DNA from: Balanoglossus misakiensis
Taxonomy: Eukaryota; Animalia; Hemichordata
DNA length: 64,000 bases
Direction of reading: 5' to 3'
Assembly: GCA_040954595.2 (NCBI GenBank)
Contig: CM082589.2
Coordinates: forward strand, 10,056,894 to 10,120,893
Under the pieces are notes generated by a model that did not search any database, had not been told where the DNA came from, and was given only the letters and a program-made list of their open reading frames with translations. Below are positions 20,881-33,600 of this stretch, piece by piece (position 1 is the stretch's first letter; the number at the start of each line of letters is the position of its first letter). The position numbers were made by a program, and so were the translations under genes.

Positions 20881-21733
20881 GATTCACTATATATACACAG
20901 GGTGTGTTGAATCAAACATAATCAATGGAAAGGGGGCAGCGAGAGAGAGACTTTGTCCCTTTAAGGTAAAAATTAATTAATTAGGCCTATGTAATCATCA
21001 TAAGGCAGTATGTGCCTCTGGACAGACTTGACAAAATGATAATGCTCCAAACCTTTCTATTCTTTTGTGAGGAGAGATTTGTTATCAAATAATAATATTC
21101 ACATCTTGTTATCATAGAAATCATGAAAGCACTTTTTGATTCAAAAAGTATAATTTGATGTAGCCCTAGAATGTATCTTCTGCCAATTCTTTACTATTAA
21201 ACACGTGATCTGGCCATGTAACCCACGGCGTTGTCATTTTCAGATATTTCGGCAAAAGTTTTTCGGAGTATGTTTTTACTTTATAACCGCCAAATACACA
21301 ACATGTATCAGGTATGGGGCCTCATCAACCTCATTGCATTTCGTCTGCACAGTATTTGTCTGCACCACGTTGCTGAAGTTGCCCGTCATCTGGAAATTTG
21401 AATGCCAACGTAACTGCCGTCTGAGCACGTCTGACATCATTTGATATCGAAGAATCTCTTTCCCTTTTTGTGCAAAATCACATGAGTCTGAGAAGGCGAA
21501 ATGTTTATTCCCCTGAATAACTGAACCCATTGCTAACACATAATACTAAATCGGTTCGACTTAACTTTCCCTTTAAGGCGTTCAAAATAACGCACAACGT
21601 ATCAAAAACATGCAAAGTAATACACATGATATACAGCACCATCTTAACTCATTTTTGATGTTTGAAATAATTTGCACAATTTCTACCCTCCTTATTCACA
21701 GATATCAACGGGCTGCCTGCGGATTCAAGGTTG

Positions 21734-22365
21734 TTAGGTCCCATTGGTATAGGCATATATACCATGGGACCTTATGGGATCGGTTGCGTCTGCATGTATT
21801 TATGTATGTATGTATGTATGTATGGATGTATGTCTGTATGTCCGTCCACATCAAAAACTTGAAAACCACTGCGTGTATCACCTTGATATTTGGTGTGCCA
21901 GATGCAGGCTGGGCTGTAGATGGGAGTTTGTTCAAATGAAATTGTCATTGCCCAAAATATGCAAATTAGATGGAAAATGTGAATTTGGTCATAACTCAGT
22001 AACCCAAGAACTACTGGTCAGATTGCTTTGCGAAGTGGTGTGTATTTACTTTATTTTGTTGTTTATATACACAGCAAATTCCTGAATGATTACATAACTG
22101 GCTAAGTTTTAAAGAGGCCAGCTGTTCTATTTAGTGTATGTACAGTACATATGCCATTGGCAGCTTATGGGTCAGTCAGTGCTCGCCCATTGATCTCTTG
22201 CTGTGTGTGTATGTGTGTGTATGTGTGTGTGTGTGTGCGTGAGTGTGTTTGTTTGTGTGTGTGTGTGTGTCTGTCTGTCTGTCTGTATATGGCCATATAC
22301 TCCGGTGTAGACTTTTTCTTGTGTATTCCCTCAATGGGACCACTGTGTCCTTGACGCGATTTTTT
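21734..22365 (+). mobile_element. Non-autonomous Helentron (HINE/DINE-like) related to the large element
   Basis: First ~300 bp match the reverse complement of 14620-14917 (hairpin, microsatellite, core). The 3' end has subTIR caatgggacc (22332-22341), a decayed stem-loop tgtgtc-ctt-gacgcg and a T-run. Confidence 0.82.
22201..22286. repeat. (TG)n/(TGTC)n microsatellite
   Basis: Directly visible. Confidence 0.95.
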
Positions 22366-23048
22366 GTTCAACGAATGAAATGAGGAAGTGACGCAATTTC
22401 CGGTTGATAGCCAGCATTGTGTCTATTATAGTGAAAGTCAGATCTCATAAAAGGGAACTTATCAAACAAGGGTAATACATACAATGAAAATAACGCTGCA
22501 TCAACAAATACCTAAAGTGAGGTCCGCATTTTACGGGAGATGTTGCCATTAAAATTGAAATTCGAGTAATGGAGATATCATCGCTTTATATATGTCTTTT
22601 AGATTACTGTACTTCATTCAGCTATGTTTAACTGCCCAGTTGATGGCAAATACCATTTTGGATATATATTTTTTTCTTTGTGAAATAAATATCGATGAAC
22701 AAACTTTTAACATGAAAAGAATTGCCCTACCCATGGATTCGGGTTGAATTTGCCCATATAACGATATAAGGTTTCATAGAAAAGGTCCGATGGTAAACAA
22801 CATGTTTGAATGAACCGCCCATACTACACGAAAAACTGTAACGTCACAATCACGTGATCTTTTGTTTACTCTAACAACAACTAACTGCGCAAGTAACGTC
22901 ACATTGTATGGGTACGTACCCATAAAATGTATTATTTCATTTTTTACATACTGAACCATGACAACTGACCAAGTCACTCACGAGTTGTTTTATTTTGGCA
23001 AGTAAAGTATTAAACAAGTTTATTGTTCAGCTCAAAAATATACATGTC

Positions 23049-23785
23049 AAGTTTGCAGCTGCCTATGGATTTGAACATGTCACATCAAGTCCAAGATACC
23101 CCAAATCTAATGGCATGGCAGAAAATGCAGTCAAAAGTGCAAATTTATCGCTTATGAAGAAAGCCAAGCGAAATAACAAGGATCCATATTTAGCTCTGCT
23201 GGATCATAGAAACATACCACGTGACAGTCAGTTGGGATCACCTGGGCAGAGACTCATGGGTAGGAGAACCAAAAACACTCTTTCCAACCAGCGAGATTTT
23301 GCTGAAGCCCAAACAAGTTGAGAATGTAAAGCCAAGCCTAGAAACATTGAAACAAAGACAGAAATAATATCATGACCAGCATGCCAAACATCTGCCCAGT
23401 TTATCAAACGATGAGTTTGTGAGGATGAAGACACCCAAAGGATGGAAACCAGCAGTTGTACAGTCCAGAGCAAATACACCACGATCATATATTGTCGAGT
23501 CAGATGGACACATGTACCGTAGAAACCGCCGTGACCAGGAAAACAAAAGAAATGCCAGTTGTTCCAGATGTCGCTGATGACCACCTGCTTGTAAAGCATT
23601 GTCAACCACCTGCTGTTGAAGAAACTACGCCAGATGTAAAACCTCTCAAAGAGATGACGGTAACCAATCCTAACTCGGTTTGTAGCAGTATGACGCAAGC
23701 AGATGCCACAGGCAACCAGTCAGTGAAAACCACTTCCAGAGGACGCGTTGTGAGAAGACCAGTAAGATTCCAGGACTATGTAGAC
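23049..23785 (+). pseudogene. Gypsy/Ty3 LTR-retrotransposon integrase C-terminal fragment, frameshifted
   Basis: YGFEHVTSSPRYPKSNGMAENAVK, DPYLALLDHRNIP, SPGQRLMGRRT and terminal TSRGRVVRRPVRFQDYV. No LTR or PPT seen. Confidence 0.88.
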
Positions 23786-23790
23786 ACTCA

Positions 23791-24720
23791 ATGTGGAAAG
23801 AACTGATTTCGGAGTTTGTTGAAAGAAATACACGAACATCGCGAACATCGCACACATACACATGCACATACTACTTCTCCAGCGACGATGCAGACAGCAG
23901 ACATGGCGACGGGAAGAAACAGGTAGAGAAACGGAACGCTCCGCGCACGAGGACGAGGAACAGGCTTCTCCAGCCATCGACTACCGCCAGGACAAAAGGT
24001 AAAAGAATAAAAAGTGGCGCCAAGAGGAAACCAACAGACAGGGTTCTCATGTACATACCATGGCCACACAAATAAATCCGAGACCCCAACCCGCACAAAC
24101 CAGAGGCAATTACTTATGATGAATTGACTTTACCACAGCTGGTATCGGGTGAACTGAATCTATCTATATATCTACCTTACTGGCCAACTTCAACATATTG
24201 AAGGCTTTGCCAGTGAGTGCACCCTATAGTACAGGACATCAAAAATGTCAGTTTTCTGGTTTGGTGAAGTGTAGTGCCAAAGAAGATTTGAAGGATTCAT
24301 GTGACATCATATTAGGGATGAGTTTAGATAATGCTTCCACTGTCAATCGTTTAGCAAACTTGCAAAACATTGTCACTGACGCTCAGTTGTATTCTTGGGA
24401 GAGGGTCCGTAAATACCACTCAATAATTATTTTACAATACCTTGAGCAGGGGTTGTTGGTGTGGGGCGACGATTTTGACAACCTGCATACCAGATTCGTC
24501 AGAAACCCTCCCCAAATTAGTGTGGATCAACCAGTTAAGCCTAGCGCTAAGAAAAACCGTCACTCTCGCTATTGCTCTGCCTTTCAAGATCACAAATGTA
24601 GCCAAATCTCTGATCATGTAGTGGAGGGCAAATTGGAAAAGCATGTCTGCTCCGCCTGTTTGCGCTTTAGGCATTAGGAAACACGGCATGCTTCCACAGA
24701 TTGCCCCTTTAACGATAAAG
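23791..24720 (+). pseudogene. Ngaro/DIRS gag-like ORF (stops, ~160-bp interruption)
   Basis: KRIKSG...IPWPH...TYDELTLPQLVSG; DAQLYSWERVRKYHSIIILQYLEQG; zinc finger YCSAFQ..KC....H...HVCSAC......H...DCP. Confidence 0.7.
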
Positions 24721-25109
24721 AATTCAGGGACGAAACACCAAAAAAACCCAGGGAATGGCCTGCAGCACCAGGGGGAGAGGGGATTTTCCAAGATGTAGCA
24801 GAATCTGGCTCATGTAACAGTATAGCTGATCAGCCTTTTTGTTATGTAGGTTTTTCACCTGACCTTTCAAACTTTGTAAATGGTGTAGCTTTTGATGCTC
24901 ACAATTTGTATTGCCACATTTCTGTACTTTTCGACTGTGCCCTCTCGCATCATGTTCTAGCAAAGGCTATATCAGGTACCAAGACCTTCCAGTACCAGGA
25001 ATTTTTAGTACCCACCGTTGTTGACACTCCACTTCTTCCAGTTATTCCGGCCTGGGTCCCCCCACACACGACTGATTGGCCCCCATGTTCGCCAGTTTCA
25101 CACGAGTAG

Positions 25110-26737
25110 GTCCTACAAGCGCACAGGACAGTTTTCACTTCCGGAAAACCAAACTTTGCCGGAGTGCGTATCCCTGTTCCCATTGCACTAAACATTCCAG
25201 CATGGCGAGCCAGACTTCCTGACAGGCACAGCGGAATTATAGTTGACTTTCTTGAATTTGGTTGGCCCATCAATTTCACTGGTAATTGCTTGCCACTTGC
25301 TAGCAGGCGCAACCATAGATCCGCCTTGCAATTTGCTCACCATGTTGATGCCTTCGTTAGCACTGAAGTTAGTCTAAAGGCCACCGCTGGACCATTCGCA
25401 TCTAACCCACATACTATGCCAGTGGCTACTTCCCCGCTCTCCTCAGTCCCGAAGAAGGGGTCTCCGTATAGGCGTATTATAATGGATCTCAGTTTTCCCA
25501 TCTCTAGTTCTGTCAATGCAGGTTTTTCAGCATTGACCTTCCTGCAGCAGCCTTTCCAGCTCCGCTACCCCAATATTGACACGCTGGTCGCGATTATCAG
25601 AGATTTGGGTCCCGGTTGTCTCTTGTTTAAACTAGACTTGAGTAGGGCTTACAGACAATTGCCAGTGGATCCCCACGACTTTCACCTGTTGGGTTATACA
25701 TGGCGAGATTCGCTCTTTATTGATCTCCGTTTGCCATTTGGGTTGCGCTCCGCGGCGCTTGCATGTCAGGCCACCACGAACACCGTGATTGCCATGTACC
25801 ATAATCTGGGTTTTCGCGCAGTCAATTATTTTGGATGACTTTTGCGGCGCAGACACCCCTATACGGGCCCAGTCCGCCTTTTTAGCTTTGCGGTCTCTTC
25901 TCTCTGAATTAGGTCTACAGGAAGCCTTTGGTCAAGCTGTAACCCCCACAACTTGTCTCTCGTTTTTAGTCACAGAGGACAGGCTCACTGAGCTTTCAGA
26001 GCTTCTTGCTCATTGTTCAGGCAGGAAAAATGCCACTAGACGTCAGTTGCAGGTCCTTATCGGCAAGCTTTCATTTGTCTCTAGCTGTGTTCGTGCAGGC
26101 CGTCTTTTTATTAGCCGCATGCTTGACACGCTACGTTCTGTCCAGTCAGCGCGGCATCACATTTACTTAAACGTGCAGTTCCAGAAAGATATCAGTTGGT
26201 GGATCTCTTTTCTTAGGCAATATAACGGCGTTTCGATTATTCCGGAACTGGTCTGGTCCACACCTAACAGCGTTATTTGTACAGATGCTTGCCTTTCAGG
26301 ATGTGGTGGAATCTCAGCCTCACAGTATTTCCATGCCCCATTCCCAGATTTTGTCTTGCAGCAGCAACAGCCTATCCATTGCCTTGACATGCTCACCATC
26401 GTAGTGGCGGCCAGACTTTGGGGTGACAAATGGACAGGCCTGCGCATTCTAGTCATCAGCGACAACAGCAGCATGGTACAGGTTCTTAACACCGGCCGCG
26501 GTCGCGACCCCTTTCTCATGTCAGCCGCGCGCGAACTTTGGTTTATTGCAGCGACACATCAGTTCGAGCTGAAAGCGCGCCTATCTTCCTGGCGCTCAGA
26601 ACAGCATTGCCGATTGCTTGTCACGCTGGCATTTGGACCGCAAGTACCGCGACACCTTTGCCTCACTCACAGGAGATAAACTTCTTGAAGAAACTCGTCC
26701 TTCAGAAGCATTGTTTTCACTAAACGTCTTATTTTAA
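25110..26737 (+). pseudogene. Reverse transcriptase - RNase H (DIRS/Ngaro type), frameshifted
   Basis: RRIIMDLS, KLDLSRAYRQLPVDP, LPFGLRSA, NY(L)DDF broken by +1 at ~25830, LIGKLSF, TDACLSGCGG, SDNSS, then N.IADCLSR after a second shift. Confidence 0.92.
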
Positions 26738-26747
26738 TTTATTTGCA

Positions 26748-27231
26748 GCTGTGCAGCAAGATCTGGAGTTATTAAGACAAGAGGTCAAGAACTCCCGGCT
26801 AGCAGCCTTTCGTCCCGGTACGCTCAGGAACCTGAATATTCAGTTCCGCTCCTATATAAGTTTTGCACTTCACTACGGTTTGTAAGCGGTGCCTACAACG
26901 TCCACGGTTTTGGCGCTTTATGCCCAGTTTCTTAGCAGGTCGTTTAGTAGTCCTGCATCCGTTACCAATTATATTGCGGGTGTCAAGACACTTCATATAC
27001 TGACCGGCCACAGCCTGAAACCTTTCGAATGCCTGGGTTTCAAATTGGCGCTCACAGGCATCAGAAAAAGCAGTGTCCACACACCTTCTCAGAAGTTGCC
27101 TTTGACAGTTCCCATGTTGGAGGAAATTGGCAACTATTATTGATCTTTCCAACAAGTTTCATTTAACAGTTTGGTGCGCTGTTTTAATTGGCTTCTTTGC
27201 CTTTTTGAGGAAATCGAACTTGGTTCCTCCC
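26748..27231 (+). pseudogene. Tyrosine recombinase N-terminal half (stop, frameshift, truncated)
   Basis: AFRPGTLRNL, LALYAQFLSRSF.SPASVTNYIAGVKTLH, KLPLTVPML and GFFAFLRKSNLVP (catalytic Arg box). Confidence 0.85.
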
Positions 27232-27374
27232 TATAAACCAAACAACTTGTTCATATTTACTGTATACTAAGTGTTATTTTTTCACAATTGGGAACAGGTA
27301 CATCAAATACAAATAACAATGGTAGAGTCACATTATAATATTGTGAGAAATTACTAGTGTAAAGAAGAGTTATA

Positions 27375-28853
27375 CATGGCACGGTAGGGGGCTCACTTTT
27401 TATGGGAAAGTAACAATTATAAAATCCTTGGTCAATTCACAGTTTACTCATCTTTTCATGTCTCTACCATCTCCTGGTAATGACTTCTTTAAAAAGTATG
27501 AAACTTCAGTTTTTAGTTTTCAATTTTTTGTGGGGTGGTAAGCGAGACAAGATTAAGAGGAATACCATCTACAATTAATATGTAAATGGGGGTCTCAATT
27601 TGACAAATTTGCCTGCCTTTAATTTGACGCTAAAGACAGCCTGGTTTTTGAGGATCATGTGAAACAATAGTTTATTTTGTAGTAAATGGTATAAATTTGT
27701 TCTTTCCAGTTTTGGTGGGCCCCAAGTGTATTATGCCAATTTAAAAAAAGATGATTTTCATATTTTGAACCCCATTAATTCTGTTTTCTTAAGACAAATT
27801 TATTCAGCATGGCTGCAGTATAATACCACTACAGTATCTGATAAAGACGATGTATGCCAAGAACTAATTTGCAATAATTCTGAGATACGAATTAGTGATA
27901 AGCCAATATTGTGGAATAACTTTTCAAGGAATGGTGTTATTTTTATTAATGATCTTATCGATGCTAATTGTAAGTTTTATAATTATGAGCAGTTTACTAC
28001 AATATATGGTAATATTTGTACACAATTTCAGTTATTATGTGCAATACCACTTGATTGGAAAAATATTGTACATAATTCACACTCATCCAAACTACTGGTA
28101 TGTAAGCCTAATTTTCGAAATCCCAATTGTTTGTCTGGTAAAAAACTCAATAGAGAGATGTACACTTTTGTTCTGAATTTACAAACACCACAGGAGCTTT
28201 CTCCACACATAATACGTTATTGGTACGATGTATTTGATGAAGTATTTTCCTTAAAAACTGTGTTTTCGCTTCCTTTCAAATTAACAAATGATATTAAGCT
28301 TTGGAATTTTCAGTACAAACTAATAATGAAGATCTTGCCTTCAAACCGCATGCTTTACAAATGGCGAATAATTGACTCCCCACTTTGTATTTTTTGTAAA
28401 GATGTTGTAGAGGATTATTACCATCTTTTTTGGGATTGAATTTATACTAGTCGGTTTTGGATTTCAGTGAAAGAGTGTTTTTTTACTGTTACACTTAATA
28501 CACTAAGGTTAAGTGCAATGTACTGTATTCTGGGTAATATAGATGAGGGGGGTAGTCAACTTGCAAATTTCATTCTTTTGATTGGACGTTCTTATATTTT
28601 TAAATGTAAAGTGCCGAATGTTTTGCCAAACATGCTTCAGTTTAAATCATATGTGAAATCTATTTATAAAATAGAAGATAATGTAGCCACTACAAATGAT
28701 AGACAGGGGATACATCTAGAAAAATGGGGAGCTTTTGTCAACTTGTTCGTTTATTAGTGTTCTTTTTGTGGTTTCTTTCTTTTTCTTGTCTTTGTCGACT
28801 TTTTTGTTTTTGTCCTGTATTTTTGAAATGAAAAAAAAAAAAAAAAAAAAAAA
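27375..28853 (+). mobile_element. 5'-truncated L1/Tx1-clade LINE with poly(A) tail and 14-bp TSD
   Basis: ORF2 C-terminal remnants W..RGLTFYGKVTIIKSL, FLWGGKRDKIKR, GGLNL, FQYKL, CIFCKDVVEDYYHLFWD; A-run 28831-28856; TSD aaagaagagttata at 27361-27374 and 28854-28867. Confidence 0.93.
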
Positions 28854-29485
28854 AAAGAAGAGTTATATGTATTCAGTTTCATGTCAGTTTCTGACTTATA
28901 CCAACAACAGTGTTTTCTCACATAAAATTAGGAATGATATGGATGTACTGTAATACTGTCATTGCAACTCGGTGAACACGTATTTTCATGCAGTTTTTCC
29001 AATCAAAACTGGAAATATAATGTAATGTACAAAACATGCTCTACTAAATAAACCTTATAACTTAAAACTTAAAAATTATATCTTGTTTTGAATGAGCATT
29101 GTGCTATGTGATTTGTAGTCAGCTTTTGAATAAATTACATGTGATTTTTACATATACAGGAGAAATGAACAATGTCATTGTAATTATTTAAGGTATTAAC
29201 TTCACATCTGATAGACAGGTTGGCAACCTCAGACTAAGTTCTTGGATGACTAAAAACTACAAGCAAATATTCAAACTCAGTGAATGTTCTCCAGACATGA
29301 CATCTCAATGAAGCTAAGCTTAAACTACCATACTACACATGACTGAGTGTACTCCTTGCTTGACATGCAAAGTAGCTAAGTTGTTAAACATCAATTCTAC
29401 AAAAACCTGACATTTTAACAAACAACAACAACACATACATTTACAACATTGACAATCACTGCATTTCAGTCTGCACTTCTCCTTG

Positions 29486-30215
29486 TAGTGGGGCAGTTAA
29501 CCCAAAAATCGTGCAATTTGGGTTAAAAGCATGAAACTTGGTACACTTATGGCGGCCATTTTCTGATATGGATCTAAAATGACACAGCCCTCTAGTGACC
29601 AGAAACAGATATCAAACTTTAAAATCGTGCACTTTGGGTTAAAAGCATGAAATTTGGTACAATTATTCATTGACCCATGGCGGACATTTTCCAATATGGA
29701 TCCCAAAATAGCGGCCAGAAACTGACATTCACACTTCTCTCCCATTATTGGCACTTTTTGGTCAATTGTAACACTCAGAAACAGGAATATGGGTTGTAAA
29801 ACATACTTGCTTCCATACATTCCTCTGTATATTATCCTAATTGTGATGTACATGTATCAGATCAATCTTGATGACATTCTCCTTTACAGTAACAAAGAGC
29901 ACTGCTGTCAGACTAGACCTAAAGCACCTACAGGAACATGTGCATTACTTTTTACAACTGATTTCCTGAGGTTGACTCTTTTCTTGGGCTTGACTAAGAG
30001 TTTTCCAACTTGATTTCCAATGGGATTCTGTTGGTTTGATATAGCTTTGCTAGGTTTCTCATAGCACATGTTCTTTTAGAGCTGCCTGTGTAGAAGGAAT
30101 ATTCTCAAGAACCCTTGACTTTCTGGAGAAGAGATATTGTCTTACCCTTTGCATGACTTTGAGTATTCAACTGGTTCTGTTATACCGAAGAACAAATTGT
30201 TCAATTAGTAACATA
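29486..30215 (-). mobile_element. Academ DNA transposon relic: terminus plus transposase C-terminus (pseudogene, not in ORF track)
   Basis: Minus strand 30209-29862 reads IEQFV-RYNRTS*...RQYLFSRKSRVLENIPSTQAALKEHV...WKSSWKTLSQA...SCKK*CTCSCRC....(C)SALCYCKGEC; terminus TAGTGGGGCAG...AATCGTGCA...AAAAGCATGAAACTTGGTACA at 29486. Confidence 0.75.
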
Positions 30216-30667
30216 CAAGATTGATCTGATACATGTACATCAGGATTAGGAGAATATTCAAAGCGATCTGGAGCAGATAAGATAGGATGATTTTCTCCCG
30301 GCCTCCAGCATCTGCCAACTCCTGTCTGTCACCTAATAATCTGACAAGTCATAATAAGGAGATTTTTCTTATTTGTGGTTTAAATAATACTGTACTTTTG
30401 GTAGGAGTTTTTGATACAGTGTGATGGAAAAGAGGAATCAGTGTTAATTTCTTTAGATGATTGTTGATTTTGTGACATTCAGGTTTTTTTCACTATTAAA
30501 CATGTCACTTGATATGCTTATTTTTTTCATGAAAAATTTAAAACAAAACTTTAAAATTACATTAGAATTTAATGAATTTTGAATTATGGTTATCTCTTAC
30601 ATTATTACTACTTTTATAAATATTTACATCATAATGTGTCAATTCTTTTTATCTGAATTAATTAGAC

Positions 30668-33600
30668 TGGAAGCAACCACGGAAATTTTAGAACTATCCG
30701 TCGATCTACAGAGTATAGTGGAAAACGTTCATATGCGCATAGGCCTATCAATGTGTTCTGCGCATCACAAAAGATTTTTGTAAACAAACGAGGATGTGTT
30801 TGGAAGCAACCATGGAAATTTTAGAACTATCCGTCGATCTACGGAGTCTAGTGGAAAACTTTCCAATGCGCATAGGCCTATCTATGTGTTCTGCGCATCA
30901 CAACAGAATTTTGTAAACAAACGAGGATGTGTTTGGAAGCAACCATGGAAATTTTAGAACTATCCGTCGATATACAGAGTCTAGTGGAAAACGTTCATAT
31001 GCGCATAGGCCTATCTATGTGTTCTGCGCATCACAACAGATTTTTGTAAACAAACGAGGATGTGTTTGGAAGCAACCATGGAAATTTTAGAACTATCCGT
31101 CGATCTACGGAGTCTAGTGGAAAACTTTCCAATGCGCATAGGCCTATCTATGTGTTCTGCGCATCACAACAGAATTTTGTAAACAAACGAGGATGTGTTT
31201 GGAAGCAACCATGGAAATTTTAGAACTATCCGTCGATATACAGAGTCTAGTGGAAAACGTTCTTATGCGCATAGGCCTCTCTATGTGTTCTGCGCATCAC
31301 AACAGAATTTTGTAAACACACGATGCTTTGTTTGGAAGCAACCATGGAAATTTTAGAACTATCCGTCGATCTACGGAGTCTAGTGGAAAAATTTCTTATG
31401 CGCATAGGCATATGTATGTGTTCTACGCATCACAACATAATTCTGTAAATAAACGAGGCTGTTTGGAAACAACCATGGACATTTTACAACTGTCCGTCGA
31501 TCTACAGAGTCTGGTGGAAAAGTTTCTTATGCGCATAGGCCTATTACGTGTTCTGCGCCTCACAACAGAATTCGGTAAATAAACGAGGCTGTTTGGAAGC
31601 AACCATGGAAATTTTAGAACTATCCGTCGATCTACGGAGTCTAGTGGAAAACTTTCCAATGCGCATAGGCCTATCTATGTGTTCTGCGCATCACAACAGA
31701 ATTTTGTAAACAAACGAGGATGTGTTTGGAAGCAACCATGGAAATTTTAGAACTATCCGTCGATCTACGGAGTCTAGTGGAAACATTTCCAATGCGCATA
31801 GGCCTATCTATGTGTTCTGCGCATCACAACAGAATTTTGTAAACAAACGAGGATGTGTTTGGAAGCAACCATGGAAATTTTAGAACTATCCGTCGATATA
31901 CAGAGTCTAGTGGAAAACGTTCTTATGCGCATAGGCCTCTCTATGTGTTCTGCGCATCACAACAGAATTTTGTAAACAAACGATGCTTTGTTTGGAAGCA
32001 ACCATGGAAATTTTAGAACTATCCGTCGATCTACGGAGTCTAGTGGAAAAATTTCTTATGCGCATAGGCATATGTATGTGTTCTACGCATCACAACATAA
32101 TTCGGTAAATAAACGAGGCTGTTTGGAAACAACCATGGAAATTTTACAACTGTCCGTCGATCTACAGAGTCTGGTGGAAAAGTTTCTTATGCGCATAGGC
32201 CTATTACGTGTTCTGCGCCTCACAACAGAATTCGGTAAATAAACGAGGCTGTTTGGAAGCAACCATGGAAATTTTAGAACTATCCGTCGATCTACAGAGT
32301 CTAGTGGAAAACGTTCTTATGCGCATAGGCCTATCTATGTATTATGCGCATCACAACAGAATTTTGTAAACAAACGAGGATGTGTTTGGAAGCAACCATG
32401 GAAATTTTAGAACTATCCGTCGATATACAGAGTCTAGTGGAAAACGTTCTTATGCGCATAGGCCTCTCTATGTGTTCTGCGCATCACAACAGAATTTTGT
32501 AAACAAACGATGCTTTGTTTGGAAGCAACCATGGAAATTTTAGAACTATCCGTCGATCTACGGAGTCTAGTGGAAAAATTTCTTATGCGCATAGGCATAT
32601 GTATGTGTTCTACGCATCACAACATAATTCTGTAAATAAACGAGGCTGTTTGGAAACAACCATGGACATTTTACAACTGTCCGTCGATCTACAGAGTCTG
32701 GTGGAAAAGTTTCTTATGCGCATAGGCCTATTACGTGTTCTGCGCCTCACAACAGAATTCGGTAAATAAACGAGGCTGTTTGGAAGCAACCATGGAAATT
32801 TTAGAACTATCCGTCGATCTACGGAGTCTAGTGGAAAACTTTCCAATGCGCATAGGCCTATCTATGTGTTCTGCGCATCACAACAGAATTTTGTAAACAA
32901 ACGAGGATGTGTTTGGAAGCAACCATGGAAATTTTAGAACTATCCGTCGATCTACGGAGTCTAGTGGAAACATTTCCAATGCGCATAGGCCTATCTATGT
33001 GTTCTGCGCATCACAACAGAATTTTGTAAACAAACGAGGATGTGTTTGGAAGCAACCATGGAAATTTTAGAACTATCCGTCGATATACAGAGTCTAGTGG
33101 AAAACGTTCTTATGCGCATAGGCCTCTCTATGTGTTCTGCGCATCACAACAGAATTTTGTAAACAAACGATGCTTTGTTTGGAAGCAACCATGGAAATTT
33201 TAGAACTATCCGTCGATCTACGGAGTCTAGTGGAAAAATTTCTTATGCGCATAGGCATATGTATGTGTTCTACGCATCACAACATAATTCGGTAAATAAA
33301 CGAGGCTGTTTGGAAACAACCATGGAAATTTTACAACTGTCCGTCGATCTACTGAGTCTGGTGGAAAAGTTTCTTATGCGCATAGGCCTATTACGTGTTC
33401 TGCGCCTCACAACAGAATTCGGTAAATAAACGAGGCTGTTTGGAAGCAACCATGGAAATTTTAGAACTATCCGTCGATCTACAGAGTCTAGTGGAAAACG
33501 TTCTTATGCGCATAGGCCTATCTATGTATTATGCGCATCACAACAGAATTTTGTAAACAAACGAGGATGTGTTTGGAAGCAACCATGGAAATTTTAGAAC

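Larger units (their letters stand above)
23800..27231 (+). mobile_element. Decayed DIRS-order (Ngaro-like) tyrosine-recombinase retrotransposon, truncated at both ends
   Basis: Order gag - RT/RNase H - YR on one strand; no methyltransferase domain or terminal repeats seen. Confidence 0.88.

Noticed and set aside
21000-21575. Possible non-autonomous DNA element starting taaggcagtatgtgcctc
   Set aside because: No matching right end or TSD found.
14620-22030. One large TIR transposon bounded by the inverted 14620-14917 and 21734-22030 segments
   Set aside because: Both are 5' ends of Helentron-family elements pointing away from each other, and each has its own body.
30790-30815. CENP-B box-like motif (gtttggaagc) in the satellite monomer
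   Set aside because: Only the non-essential TTGGAAGC core matches; the required TTCG and CGGG positions are absent.
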